Shown: one piece after another, positions 11,774-22,468 of the stretch
Numbering within the stretch: position 1 is the first letter of the stretch
Layout: each line of letters opens with the position of its first letter
Source of the DNA: Rhizodiscina lignyota
Lineage: Eukaryota
Length of the DNA: 64,000 bases
NCBI GenBank assembly: GCA_010015805.1
Contig: ML978128.1
Coordinates: 1 to 64,000, forward strand
Direction: 5' to 3'
The notes under the pieces: model-generated
The model's input: only the letters and a program-made list of their open reading frames with translations
The model's database searches: none
Told to the model about the DNA's origin: nothing
Translations under genes and position numbers: made by a program

Positions 11774-13135
11774 ATGCGAACGCGTTCCAAGCCTTCGGCG
11801 AAGAGCAAGCCTTCAGCAGGTACTCTCAAACAGTCGCCAGAAGTTCCAAGTTTACCGCCAATCGACACAAATCCTCCGAAAGTCGTCATACTACCTCGCA
11901 ATGCATCTCCTGAAGCACGCATCGTTACCCTTCAGAGCCCCGCAACATCTTCACCAAATCGATACTTCTACTGTCCCAAGCTAGGTCTGTACGAGTTCAC
12001 GAAGATTGCACCGTCCCGGAAGACGCCGAGAAGCTGGTTGCTGCCACAAGACAATGGAAGAAATGGGGAAGCATCAAATAATTCCCAGCACGAGTCTTCG
12101 GAGACAATGGTTGATGGAGATTCAGACGGTTCAATTAGACAAGGATACATCATGAAAGAGCCAGACATGTTGCTTGCGACTCCTTTCGATCCAATCTTCC
12201 TACTTCTCCCCATTCTTTCGGCTCCGAATACTTCTACACACTTCAAGCAGAAGTTCCTTGAGTTCGACGAGTACCTCGATGAGTTTGCTGCTACCTCCGC
12301 GCATGCGAAACATCTTATTGGAAGTACCGAGATTGGAAAGCTACTTGAAACTAGGATAGCATCCGTTTGCGAAGTTGTTGAGGCTGGAGAAGAGAAGATG
12401 TATCGGATATCACATGAAATCCTTGTCCAGGAGTTGCTTTCGAAAGCAAGACGAATGTGCGAAAATGGTCTCCCAGCTTCCATGGAAGAGCAATTTGTGA
12501 AATCAGCTTTGAAAGCTCCGGTATTCCACATACCAGATGCACAACCGGAGGACCAAATCCGCAAGGGTGGTTCTTTCGAACTGCAGTCAGAATCTTTGTC
12601 AATCCAATCCGAGACAACCACTGACTCACAAGCCTCTATTGCATCTGTCTCCGGCTCTTCAACGAATCCAGACTCGCAGTCTACCACAGTGACACAGGCC
12701 ACGAGTATCTCAGCAACACCGCAACCACCAGAATCAGATGGACCAGCAGAAGAAGTTCGCCAGCTGCTCCGTTTACGTGTAGCCCTCAACTTCATCCTCT
12801 CTTCCTGCCTACCTCCACATCTCAAGCAAATGGTGGAGACTATACTCTCAGAGAACAAAGTCATCGACTTCTCTTCTCTAGATAAGCAACTTGAACACCT
12901 TGAGACCCTCCGTCGACAAGCTCAAGCTCTCCGTAGCCTCTCTGACAACATAAGCCGTAAGCGCGCGGCCGACGATGACGACGAAGCTGCCGAAGCACGC
13001 GCCGAGAAGAAACGCAAGAAGGAAGAGGAGGAAAAGAAGAAGAAATCCGAGAGTAGAGCACAAAAGGAACTGAAGAAGGTTGACACCAAAGGCATGAAGA
13101 AGCTAAGCGCTTTCTTCACCAAGGCTGCGAAATGA
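11774..13135 (+). CDS. RNH202: Ribonuclease H2 subunit B (Rnh202/RNASEH2B)
   Basis: GLYEFTKI..PRSWL, LLATPFDPIFLLLPIL, GLPASMEEQFVK.AL.AP motifs and C-terminal PIP box GMKKLSAFF. Confidence 0.9.
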   Translation: MRTRSKPSAKSKPSAGTLKQSPEVPSLPPIDTNPPKVVILPRNASPEARIVTLQSPATSSPNRYFYCPKLGLYEFTKIAPSRKTPRSWLLPQDNGRNGEASNNSQHESSETMVDGDSDGSIRQGYIMKEPDMLLATPFDPIFLLLPILSAPNTSTHFKQKFLEFDEYLDEFAATSAHAKHLIGSTEIGKLLETRIASVCEVVEAGEEKMYRISHEILVQELLSKARRMCENGLPASMEEQFVKSALKAPVFHIPDAQPEDQIRKGGSFELQSESLSIQSETTTDSQASIASVSGSSTNPDSQSTTVTQATSISATPQPPESDGPAEEVRQLLRLRVALNFILSSCLPPHLKQMVETILSENKVIDFSSLDKQLEHLETLRRQAQALRSLSDNISRKRAADDDDEAAEARAEKKRKKEEEEKKKKSESRAQKELKKVDTKGMKKLSAFFTKAAK

Positions 13136-13159
13136 CGCTTTGGTGCTGGTTAGTGGACA

Positions 13160-15382
13160 TCATATGATGACGACCTCGGTGTACTCAGTGCGCGTGCGAA
13201 ATTGATGTTTCTCTTGAGCATCAAGGACTCTGGCGCCGCTGATATCTGCGAGGCCTATGCGTTCGTATTTGTGGCCGTTTTGCACATACGTAGCACCTAG
13301 ACGCTGATGTTCCTCTGGCGTTACCTGGGCCTCTCCTACCCGCCTTAGGATCAGAGAATAGTCTGGCCCGTTGTGATCAATGGGTCTTTGCATGCGGAGC
13401 ACATGGATTGTTGCACCAGGGAAAACGTGGTGTGGCCCTGGGCAATGCAGCGCATAATCAGCGCTGAAGAAGAGCTCCTTATCTTCATGCAGCAAAACCG
13501 AGGGAGGATACGCGAATTCCTTAGCCGGCTCATATGCGACCGTATCTTTGCCATCAAAGCCCTCTGCTAGATAGTGGACAGGTCGATGCAACAAGATGCC
13601 TTTCATGAGGATTCCACGGATTCGAAGCTCCCCGTATCGGACAGCGCCAGTGATGTCGATACCAGAAGGAATTCCCTCGGCGCCAACTACAGTGCAGAGA
13701 GGTTCATACTGCTCTGCTTCTGCCTCGACTCCTGTCTGATAAGAAAGCCGTTTAGGATATTTCACGACGTTGTCAACGGATGCCCACGAGAAAGAAGGAG
13801 CGCGCCACTTCTCTGGCCTTGGGAGAAGAGCGTCGGCTGCGCTCCAGAGGAGATCATCCAACAAAGACTTCCTCCAGAGACCAGCGACATACGGGGATTC
13901 CTGGGCTGAGAAGTTTCTTGGATCTGTAGGATACTTGTCGACAAGCACCTGTTGAGCGCAGCCAGATAGAGCAGGTAGCTTATCTTTCCCAAATGTCAAT
14001 CTCAGTGTCGAATATTGTGATACCAATAATCGCCATGGAGTCTCGCGAGTCCATTTTCTGGGTTGGCCCAGAGGCAACATGTATCCTTCCTTCAGTGTCT
14101 TCATAAGATCCACTACATTGTCTGATGCTGTTCGATGGATTTCGTGACATTCGCAGATTCGCTCCCCAGACCCGAAATGGAGCATACGCTTGGAGAGAAG
14201 CCGTTCTTGGTAGACCCACCCTCTCCCCAAGAGCGGGAAGTCCTGTGAATCATCTCGAACTCTTATCACCGGGTACCTTTTTTCGTATCCAACGGGGTAG
14301 CCAAAGTGTCGAATATGTTTACGGGCATAGATGTTGCATTGCTTGCCGTTCGGACCGGTCACTATCAGTTTGTACTCAGGATTGTCCGAAAACAGGCCGC
14401 CTGTGCCATCTTTCGAGCCAGTTGCTGCCAGTGTGAGGGTCGACTGCCTGTATATGCTTGCCATTCGTCCTGCTTCTCGTTCCCAGTCGTCATCGTCATC
14501 CTGTATAATACACTACGCCATGGGCTGCAATTCAGCTTGAATCGCTGCAATGTGAGCTCAATAAACCTACCAATGAGTCTATCCAAATATACTGTACGCC
14601 CATAAATTTCGTAAACTCGATCGCATCCTGAAATGTTTTCGGTAAAGATTTGATGAGTATTCCAGGCGTTTGATGTTCGCCTCGGTTCTTCTTTTCTGTT
14701 TTGAGCGGTTGTGAACTGCCCCAGCAGTGGCTTAAGCAGTTGTACTTCGCGCGCTCCCCAGGAGTAGACTCATAGAGTCTCACACGCTCTCCAGGTGCTG
14801 TGACGTCTACGACACGAGTTGGCAGTAGTGGCGCGTTTGCTTCTTGATTGGTGTCATCCAGGTGTGAGGTGCGACAATGATCGAGCCACTTGGAGGCACG
14901 AGAGAAGCTTTCATGGGATCTCGTGCAGCCTCCTTTTGGCCTCGCTACCGGAATTGAGAGCCATCCAGATTCTGCGTCTTCAGGGACTGGTCAGTACCAA
15001 AATACTTGGGGGTGGATCTACTGCCCCTGAATCGAGACCTGCCTTCTGTTTGAAGAATGTCGATTTCTACCATTGATGACTTTGACCAGTCCCGAAGTTG
15101 AAGGAAAGGCATTGGAGTCGGAACATAGTAAACTTTATTCTTCTCCGGAATATAGAGATACTCATGCAGCAGAATTGTAATATATATCGACTCTGAAACT
15201 TGAACTGTGGGAATAAGTGTGTAAATGACTTGACGAATAAGATAGCAACATTTGCACCCTTCGTCGGCGGAATTGAACAGCTCGGCCGCTTCGACATGAA
15301 CTCTCTTGAATGCTACGCCAGGCGGTCTCGCTGAAATGTCTTTTGGATACTCCAAGTCAAGGCAGACAGAACAGTTCGGCAT
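13160..15382 (-). CDS. HET-domain (heterokaryon incompatibility, PF06985-type) protein; introns ~14972-15042 (GC-AG) and 14513-14570
   Basis: LPTRVVDV, YNCLSHCWG, LPKTFQDAI...YIWIDSL|CIIQDD..DW..E...MASIY..S.LTLAA, LLGRGWVYQERLLS.R.LHF, DKLPALSG, YVAGLW, RAPSFSWAS; N-terminal C..C / SA..GC.CC. Confidence 0.92.
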
Positions 15383-15696
15383 TTTACATCGTAGTCGTGA
15401 TTTATCCAGAAGCAAGTAGGTTGTAGAAGGGATTCTATCATCGGAAACTTTGAAAATTGACAATTAAATTCCAAGATAACGTATCGAAACCTATATATCA
15501 AAAGGATGGACGATGCGGTGGAGAAAGTGCCCTCAAACATCGACGTCACGTCGTATCCTTGTCAGTTTCCCTGAGTTCAATGTTGGCCTTCAAAAGTTGG
15601 CACCGCGTTTGGGACCTCACGCGACCTAGGTGACTCTTCACAACTCGAGATACCAATGGCACCATCCCGAGCCAGGCCATTTCAACTGCAATAAAC

Positions 15697-16945
15697 ATGG
15701 CTCCAAAAGCGTCCAAACGAGCTCCTCCGTCCACCTCTGCGTCGACCAAATCCTCAGCACCTCCGCCCTTCACCTCCGCACCGTCCTCTCTCGCGCCCTT
15801 CCTCTCCGGGCTCAACCGAAACCACATCTACATTACCCACATTGACACCTTTCCAGCTGCGTACAAGAGGCGCATCTTCTACATCCCTGTTATCCTCAAT
15901 GCGGTATTCGCGCTGCTCGTCTTGCTCCGCATCTACTTCGCCATTCCGAAATATGCGTCCATTTTATTAGGTACGTTTGGCTATGAAAGCCAAGACGCCG
16001 TGGACATAGAAAAGAGCTCATGGGGCACACTCGCGTGGATAGTGATAGGGAGGGTTGCAATGTTTATGTTTGACTTTGTCTTGATCAGATTTGTCGGCAG
16101 CTGGCCGTGGAGTTTCTTTATTGACGGCTTATTGGGTGAGGACGAAGAGAATCCGTGCACGTGGCGATGGAAGCTTGGATTCAGAGATCGAGAGCCCGTG
16201 ATGAGAATCTCAAGGAGCTGGGGCAAGGAGGAACTCTTTGGTGGGGTGAAGAAGGGAGGCGAGTCACCATTTTTCAGGACGAAGATCATGCCAGCCGTTC
16301 ATGAGGAGTGGGTGAAGAGCAAGACCGGATATCTCATGATGGGAAAAGAGTGGGACCTTGAATTTGGGGGAATGGTGCAATTGCAAAAGATGATTGATGC
16401 CAAAGATATTGGAGAGGCAGACATAGATGGGTTGGCGCTGGGTTGGTGGGGACAGGAGGATAAGTCAGATGGCCAGTGGGTTGCTTGGAAGTTCAGAGAG
16501 GCGATGGAGTCCGATGAAGAGAGGGATGAGTATGGTATGACAGAAGAGGAGGGACAGAGGCAGATGAGTAGGCTGAGGGTAAGGTTTCACGCTGTCAACT
16601 GCACGAATTTCCCCAGTCATGGTCCTCCATTGATTGTACTTCTCTATTTGCGATTCCATGTACACTCTGAAACTGCCAGTCACACAAGCCCTTGGATACG
16701 ACTCTTGAGTCACGGCTAATTTTTTCTTCCAGGATCGACTCGCCGCAATGGGCAAGGAGGGACTTTTCTTCCGCATGATAGAGCTTGTTCAGTATGAAGG
16801 CTCTACTCCAGAAGGATTCTCACCGGAACGACAAGCGCAGACACTGGAGAAGATCAAGCAGTTGTTTGCGGACCAAGGTCTCGATTTCGAGAACATTCTG
16901 AACGAGCTGGGCGTCGACTTGCCTGGAATGTCTGCGAGACATTGA
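15697..16945 (+). CDS. Conserved fungal hypothetical membrane protein (about 2 TM helices); intron 16579-16732
   Basis: HIYITHIDTFP..YKRRIFYIPV, two hydrophobic segments, KTGYLMMGKEWDL; splicing gives R|DRLAAMGKEGLFFRMIELVQYE. Confidence 0.82.
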
Positions 16946-18099
16946 ATGCATTCGTACAGCAAGCCAACTGGTTCGTGCTGTCTCCGAAATGTCCGTCAAG
17001 TCCATAGCTTCCTGTTCGCGATGGACCCAGAAGTAGCAGCAGTAGGCATTCTGCACTGCCACAGCATGACGTATGGTTTTCCCACGGGCCAGTTAACTAT
17101 GTTCAACCTCATACACAAGGAAGCTCAGCTCGCGCAAGGGGAGAGGACGTGATACATAGAGCGGCCGCATGCGCACCTGCAGGCCATTGTCTGATTCCAT
17201 GAAAACTGTGCCACTTCAGACCGGTCGTCGGGAACGGTGAACATCTTTAACTAGAGCCGCACGCGGAAAGAGAAAGGTACCTCAATGCAAGCAAAATGCA
17301 TGATGAACAATCCCAGCACTCGCGAGCGGAGGAAAACTAATGCCGCCCACTCGGATTGGCTGCCGAGGCAAGCATTGTCAGCTGCACCTGCGTGAAGGCT
17401 GCACAGCCATCACTCTCGTCAATCACTGAGCTTGCTTCCTCAACGCTTCAGCTCACATGAGTCGCTAGAGGCCCCAAGCCCACCCTGGCGTGGCACATGA
17501 TCGATTGTTGAGAAGCACAGCTGCCAAATGGCGGAGGCAACAGCGCTTACCGCAAGCGCAGCGCCGCAAACACCTGAAGCCTTGCGCCTTTCTTCAGCTT
17601 TCGCCGCACTTTATGAGTAGACAATACAGCCTATAAGCTAATGCGCTGCATTCGCAAGCTATCGCCGGGTGATTACTGTCGACTCGTGGCCCATGCAAGA
17701 TTACATTAGTTCTCTCACACTAACACCGAGCCGGCCGCCGCGTGCGATAAATGCTGCCTACTACAAAGCAAGGACTCCTTCACCGGAACGCTTGTTCTGA
17801 CATTTGGCCACTTTAGCTCCCTCCTCCCTTCAGCTCCCACGCTTACACCCGGCACTGTACCTCGCTGTTCCAGAAGGCGTAGCTATGCATATCCACGACG
17901 CCAAGCCTTAGAGCCTCTTCTTCACAAGTTACAATTGTGACTCTATGCGGAAAGTGCACTCAGGTGGTTGCCTAAGGACCCTTCTTCACTCATCAACATT
18001 CACCTGCAGTGTTAAATTAATTCCCTCGTCGTCACTCAACACCCACTTTCCCACTACTCTTAGGGGACTTTATTGTCTTCACTCATTCAAGTTCTCGCT

Positions 18100-20913
18100 A
18101 TGGATATCTCCTCAGAACCAGCAGGACGCGTAATGCTCAAAGTCTTTCACTATGCTTCTCCTGTCATCGTTGTTCTTTTCTTTCTCGCTGCACAATCTGC
18201 CACTTTCTGCTCGATACGGAAGGATGGCGCTCGGGAGCAAGTGAGGAAACAAAAACTTGCAGCCCTTCTTCTGATGCTCTTGACACTTCTGCTATATGTA
18301 GCGGAGGCGGTTTCATATATCTTCAGAGCCTTAGTCGAACCAGGCTGGTGGGCCTCGCAGGACCTGGTGCTCTACACACTAGAGTCTGTCGTTGTCTGGG
18401 GCATCATCGGAATCACTTTCCTCGACTCGGCCGACCCAGTGTACTCTCCATATCTCGGATCTTCCTTCATCGGAGCCATCCTCGAAGCTATAACAGGCAG
18501 TCTCACAGTATCGTATACGCTTGCGAATAGCACGTTTGACACGGCAGTCCTGGTGCTCAAACTTTCCCGGGTCGTGCTCCTTACGACCTTGTCCATAGGA
18601 TTTGCCTGTGTTCTCCTTTGCAATACTCTCTACGGAGCCAATGAAGAATGCCAAGCCCTTCTCAAAGGCTCTGCGGAAGACAGCGACGCGAATGCATCAA
18701 AGGCCGGCTACGGCACTCTTTCCGAAAACCCTACAGAGAGCAGCTCGCAGAACAACACTGACACAAACAAGAAAAACGATGGCAGCAACGATGAAGACGA
18801 AGACGACAAGGATATCAAAGAGAAGCAGCGCAAACGACTTGAAGAGCATGGTGGCTGGTGGGGGTACCTGAAGGGTTTCACCGTCTTCCTACCCATTCTT
18901 TCCCCAGTTGGAGACCGGAAAATGCAGATTTGTTACGCTGTAATGAGTTTATTCATGCTCTGGCAACGATTCGAGAACGTATTACTTCCGAACCAACTCG
19001 GTGTCATAACTCGAAGATTGGCAGAGGTTCACGGCACCGGTGTCTTACCATGGAAGGAGGTCGGAATCTGGATACTCCTCCGCTGGATTCCTAGTGGATC
19101 CGGCCTTGGAATTATCCAGAACCTTGTGAAGAGTCGCATCCAAAACTTCTCCATGGTACGCATCGCCAGATTTGCATTCAACCATGTTATGAGCTTGTCC
19201 ATGGATTTCCATAACGACAAGTCATCTGGCGAAGTGTTGAAAGCAGTTGATCAAGGATACGCGATGAATGACATTATTGAGAGCTTCGTTTTCACGATTG
19301 GACCAATAGTTGTCGATATGGTGATTGGTATGGTTTTTGTTACCTACCTATTCGATCTCTATCTCGCCTTCATCGTTTTTGTTACAGGCCTATTATATCT
19401 CTGGGTTACAATTCGACTCCGAAAGACAATCCTGTCAACCCGTCGCGCCTACATCAAGAAGTACCGCGAGAAGTATGATGTTGAGACACAAGCCATCAGC
19501 GACTGGCTAACAGTATCGTACTTTAACCGAGGAAGATGGGAGTGCGACCGATTTGATAAGGCCTTGGAAGACTCCGTCACTGCAGAACTCGCATATTTTG
19601 ATCGACACTATCTCAACACTGCCGTCACCTCTCTCATCTTGGTGGTGGGCCACATGTGTTCTTCGTACCTTGCCGTATACCGCGTCTCGCAAGGATCCAG
19701 CGATGTCGGCACTTTCGTCACATTTGTCACGTATTGGGGAACTCTGATCGGGCCATTGAGCAGACTTGCGAGCGAATACAAACGCATGAGCCAGAATCTT
19801 GTCGATGCGGAGCGCTTGCTCCAGCTCATTAAGACCAAACCTTCCGTTACCACCAAGCCTGGTGCTCCAGATCTGAGAATCGACGGCGGCGAAGTCTGTT
19901 TCAAGGACGTCAGCTTTTCATATGACGATCGCAAAGAAGTGCTCTTGGATATCAATTTCACTGCCAAACCAGGCCAAACAGTCGCTTTCGTTGGTGAGAC
20001 TGGCGGCGGTAAATCCACAATGCTCAAGCTCCTCTTCAGGCACTACGACGTTACAGGTGGCAGCATAACAATTGATGGCCAAGACATCCGCGACATTACT
20101 CTTGACTCGCTCCGCGACACATTCGGCATGGTCCCACAGGATCCATCCATGTTCAACCGCACCATCATAGAGAATGTGCGGTATGCTCGCCTCGACGCGA
20201 CAGACGACGATGTCAAGGAGGCATGCAAAGCCGCAGCTATACACGACAAGATCGAGAGTTTCCCGGACAAGTACAACTCCAAGGTTGGCGAGCACGGTAT
20301 CAAGCTCAGTGGCGGCGAACGCCAGAGAGTGGCGATTGCGAGGGTTATCCTGAAGAACCCCCACATCGTACTGCTGGATGAGGCTACGAGTGCTGTAGAT
20401 TCAAGCACAGAGGAGGCTATTCAAGATGCATTCCGAAAGCTTTCTCGCAGTCGCACAACATTTGTCATCGCGCATCGACTGAGCACGATTGTGGAGGCAG
20501 ATATGATTCTGGTGGTAGAGAATGGAAAAATCGTAGAGCAGGGTTCACATGACGAACTACTGACGCAAGATGGCAAATACACTGAGCTCTGGAGGAAGCA
20601 GACGAAAACGCACACAAAATCCGGCGAGTCTACGGGAATCAGCTCGTCATCAACGGCGGCAGCGAGTCAGGAGAATCTCATTGTTCTTGATGACGACAAG
20701 GAGGTCGAGGGTATCAGAAATGCACTGGAGCAAGTCGATGAGAAGAGCAAGACCACAGGAAAGGAGAAATCCAGTGATGGAACTGGGGATGGTGAGGAAA
20801 CAGTTGTTGGGGAGGAAGACACGGAGCAACCTTTGTCGACTGTCAGTTCGCGTCCGACAGAGGGATTTGGCAACGACGACACGAACGACAAAAACAAGGG
20901 CAAGACTACTTGA
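18100..20913 (+). CDS. ABC half-transporter, HMT1/ABCB6 (heavy-metal tolerance) type; intronless
   Basis: Extra N-terminal TM domain; FNHVMSLSMDFH..K.SGEV; Walker A GETGGGKST, signature LSGGERQRVAIAR, Walker B VLLDEATSA, IAHRLSTI. Confidence 0.9.
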   Translation: MDISSEPAGRVMLKVFHYASPVIVVLFFLAAQSATFCSIRKDGAREQVRKQKLAALLLMLLTLLLYVAEAVSYIFRALVEPGWWASQDLVLYTLESVVVWGIIGITFLDSADPVYSPYLGSSFIGAILEAITGSLTVSYTLANSTFDTAVLVLKLSRVVLLTTLSIGFACVLLCNTLYGANEECQALLKGSAEDSDANASKAGYGTLSENPTESSSQNNTDTNKKNDGSNDEDEDDKDIKEKQRKRLEEHGGWWGYLKGFTVFLPILSPVGDRKMQICYAVMSLFMLWQRFENVLLPNQLGVITRRLAEVHGTGVLPWKEVGIWILLRWIPSGSGLGIIQNLVKSRIQNFSMVRIARFAFNHVMSLSMDFHNDKSSGEVLKAVDQGYAMNDIIESFVFTIGPIVVDMVIGMVFVTYLFDLYLAFIVFVTGLLYLWVTIRLRKTILSTRRAYIKKYREKYDVETQAISDWLTVSYFNRGRWECDRFDKALEDSVTAELAYFDRHYLNTAVTSLILVVGHMCSSYLAVYRVSQGSSDVGTFVTFVTYWGTLIGPLSRLASEYKRMSQNLVDAERLLQLIKTKPSVTTKPGAPDLRIDGGEVCFKDVSFSYDDRKEVLLDINFTAKPGQTVAFVGETGGGKSTMLKLLFRHYDVTGGSITIDGQDIRDITLDSLRDTFGMVPQDPSMFNRTIIENVRYARLDATDDDVKEACKAAAIHDKIESFPDKYNSKVGEHGIKLSGGERQRVAIARVILKNPHIVLLDEATSAVDSSTEEAIQDAFRKLSRSRTTFVIAHRLSTIVEADMILVVENGKIVEQGSHDELLTQDGKYTELWRKQTKTHTKSGESTGISSSSTAAASQENLIVLDDDKEVEGIRNALEQVDEKSKTTGKEKSSDGTGDGEETVVGEEDTEQPLSTVSSRPTEGFGNDDTNDKNKGKTT

Positions 20914-21293
20914 TTGCATGACAAGAGCGACACGACATATGAGGTTACGAAGACAGGTCACTAGTGCTTGCATTTCGGCGTGGCTGGCGCATTAGATTCC
21001 TTTCTCCTCAGAAGTGCTCTGGTTTCGCAAGACACCAGCACAATGTTCCAAATGATTTTATCATTCATGCCGGCGTGCATTGGGAAACAGCGGGTCAATT
21101 ATGGTTTCTCCTCATTATGAAGTCGTACTCGCACGTGGTGGTGACTGGGTTCGATCGTATAGATTGGCCAACCAGTAAAAGTTCAAATGCTTAGCTCTCA
21201 TTTGGGGTATCATAACGAAGTATAAATGCATCTTCAGGAACTCTCTCAAGATTCCAAGCTTTCTGAATGTTTGAGGTTATGTCGCAGTTTCCA

Positions 21294-22064
21294 TCATATC
21301 CCTCGTCCCCTGCCTCTAACTCCTCTACCTATTCCACTCCCACTCGCTCGCCCAGAAGCCGATCCTCTACTTGCACCTCTTCCACCCTGCCCTCCAACAC
21401 CCACATACCCTGAGGAACTCGATGCTGTCCCAGTCCTTGAGCCTCCACTGACAACTCTTCCTCTGGGTCCCCGTCCTACGGCAGTCCCTCGTGCCTTGCT
21501 ACCACCCTGTGCAGCAACTGCCCGTCTCCTCTCCTCTTCCTCCGCCCGTCGTGCGGCTTCTGCCTTTCTCGCCTGCTCTTCTGCCTCCCTTCTCTCTGCC
21601 GCCGCCTGCCTCTGCCGCTCTTCGTTCTCAATATCCGCCAGGTCTTGGCTCGCTCCCTGCCAGTTCGGATTCAGAATGAGCCGCTGGTTGTGCTCTGTTT
21701 GGGACAGTATGCGCGTCCATGTCTGCAGCAGAGTGGTGGATTGGTTTACTGTGTTGTTGACGGTGGACATGTTGGATTTCGCTTTCTGGAGAGAGGATAC
21801 CATGTCCTCCACTACACGGTTGATGTTGCGGACGGAGTCGAGCTCCGTACGGAGGGTAGCTTCCCGGGTCTCGGCGGCACTGTAGCGCGACTCTGGTGTC
21901 CGCCCTTTGTCATTTGAAGTGTCATCGGCATTGGATGGGTTGGTGGATGCGGCTTTCGCCTGCTTCTTTGCGCGTCTGGTGTCTGGCGAGTCGAAGAGGG
22001 CGTCCGGGTCAGAGTCGGAGAGATTGAGATCGCCAACGTCTGGCATAGGTATTGAATTTGACAT
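21294..22064 (-). CDS. DUO1: DASH/Dam1 complex subunit Duo1
   Basis: REATLRTELDSVRNINRVVE....SL.KAKSNM.TV..TV.....LL.TWTRILSQTEHNQRLILNPNWQGASQD, then coiled coil and RG-rich tail. Confidence 0.92.
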   Translation of the reverse strand: MSNSIPMPDVGDLNLSDSDPDALFDSPDTRRAKKQAKAASTNPSNADDTSNDKGRTPESRYSAAETREATLRTELDSVRNINRVVEDMVSSLQKAKSNMSTVNNTVNQSTTLLQTWTRILSQTEHNQRLILNPNWQGASQDLADIENEERQRQAAAERREAEEQARKAEAARRAEEEERRRAVAAQGGSKARGTAVGRGPRGRVVSGGSRTGTASSSSGYVGVGGQGGRGASRGSASGRASGSGIGRGVRGRGRGI

Positions 22065-22468
22065 TTTGAACAGTGTATAGATCGTCTGTACAAGTGACAA
22101 ACTACAAAACGGGTAATGTGTTTGGGCGGTGACGCAATACTGGCCGTGGTGTTGATGTTTTGCACTTTACGCGAGAGCGACGCGCCTTGCATGTTAGCGC
22201 GGCTTGGCGCTGGTCTGCAATATTCACCAACCATCCCCCAGCCACCGCGCCAGCGTGCAACAAACCTCCGAGCGCTCTCCCGCACCACGCAAACATTGCT
22301 TCCCACCTGCATTGCTTTGCTCTTCACAAATTCTCGCGACAGCACTTGCTGCTTTGCTTTCCTAGCGAGATATTGGGCTTGTTTATTTGAAGCAGCGCGC
22401 TAGTCCCTCCGAATCGCAAAGCAAGCTGGTGTTCACGTTGCGAGCAAGAGCTACACCGGACTCACACA

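Noticed and set aside
16579..16732. Longer-than-usual 154-nt intron as a snoRNA host
   Set aside because: No convincing C/D or H/ACA box arrangement
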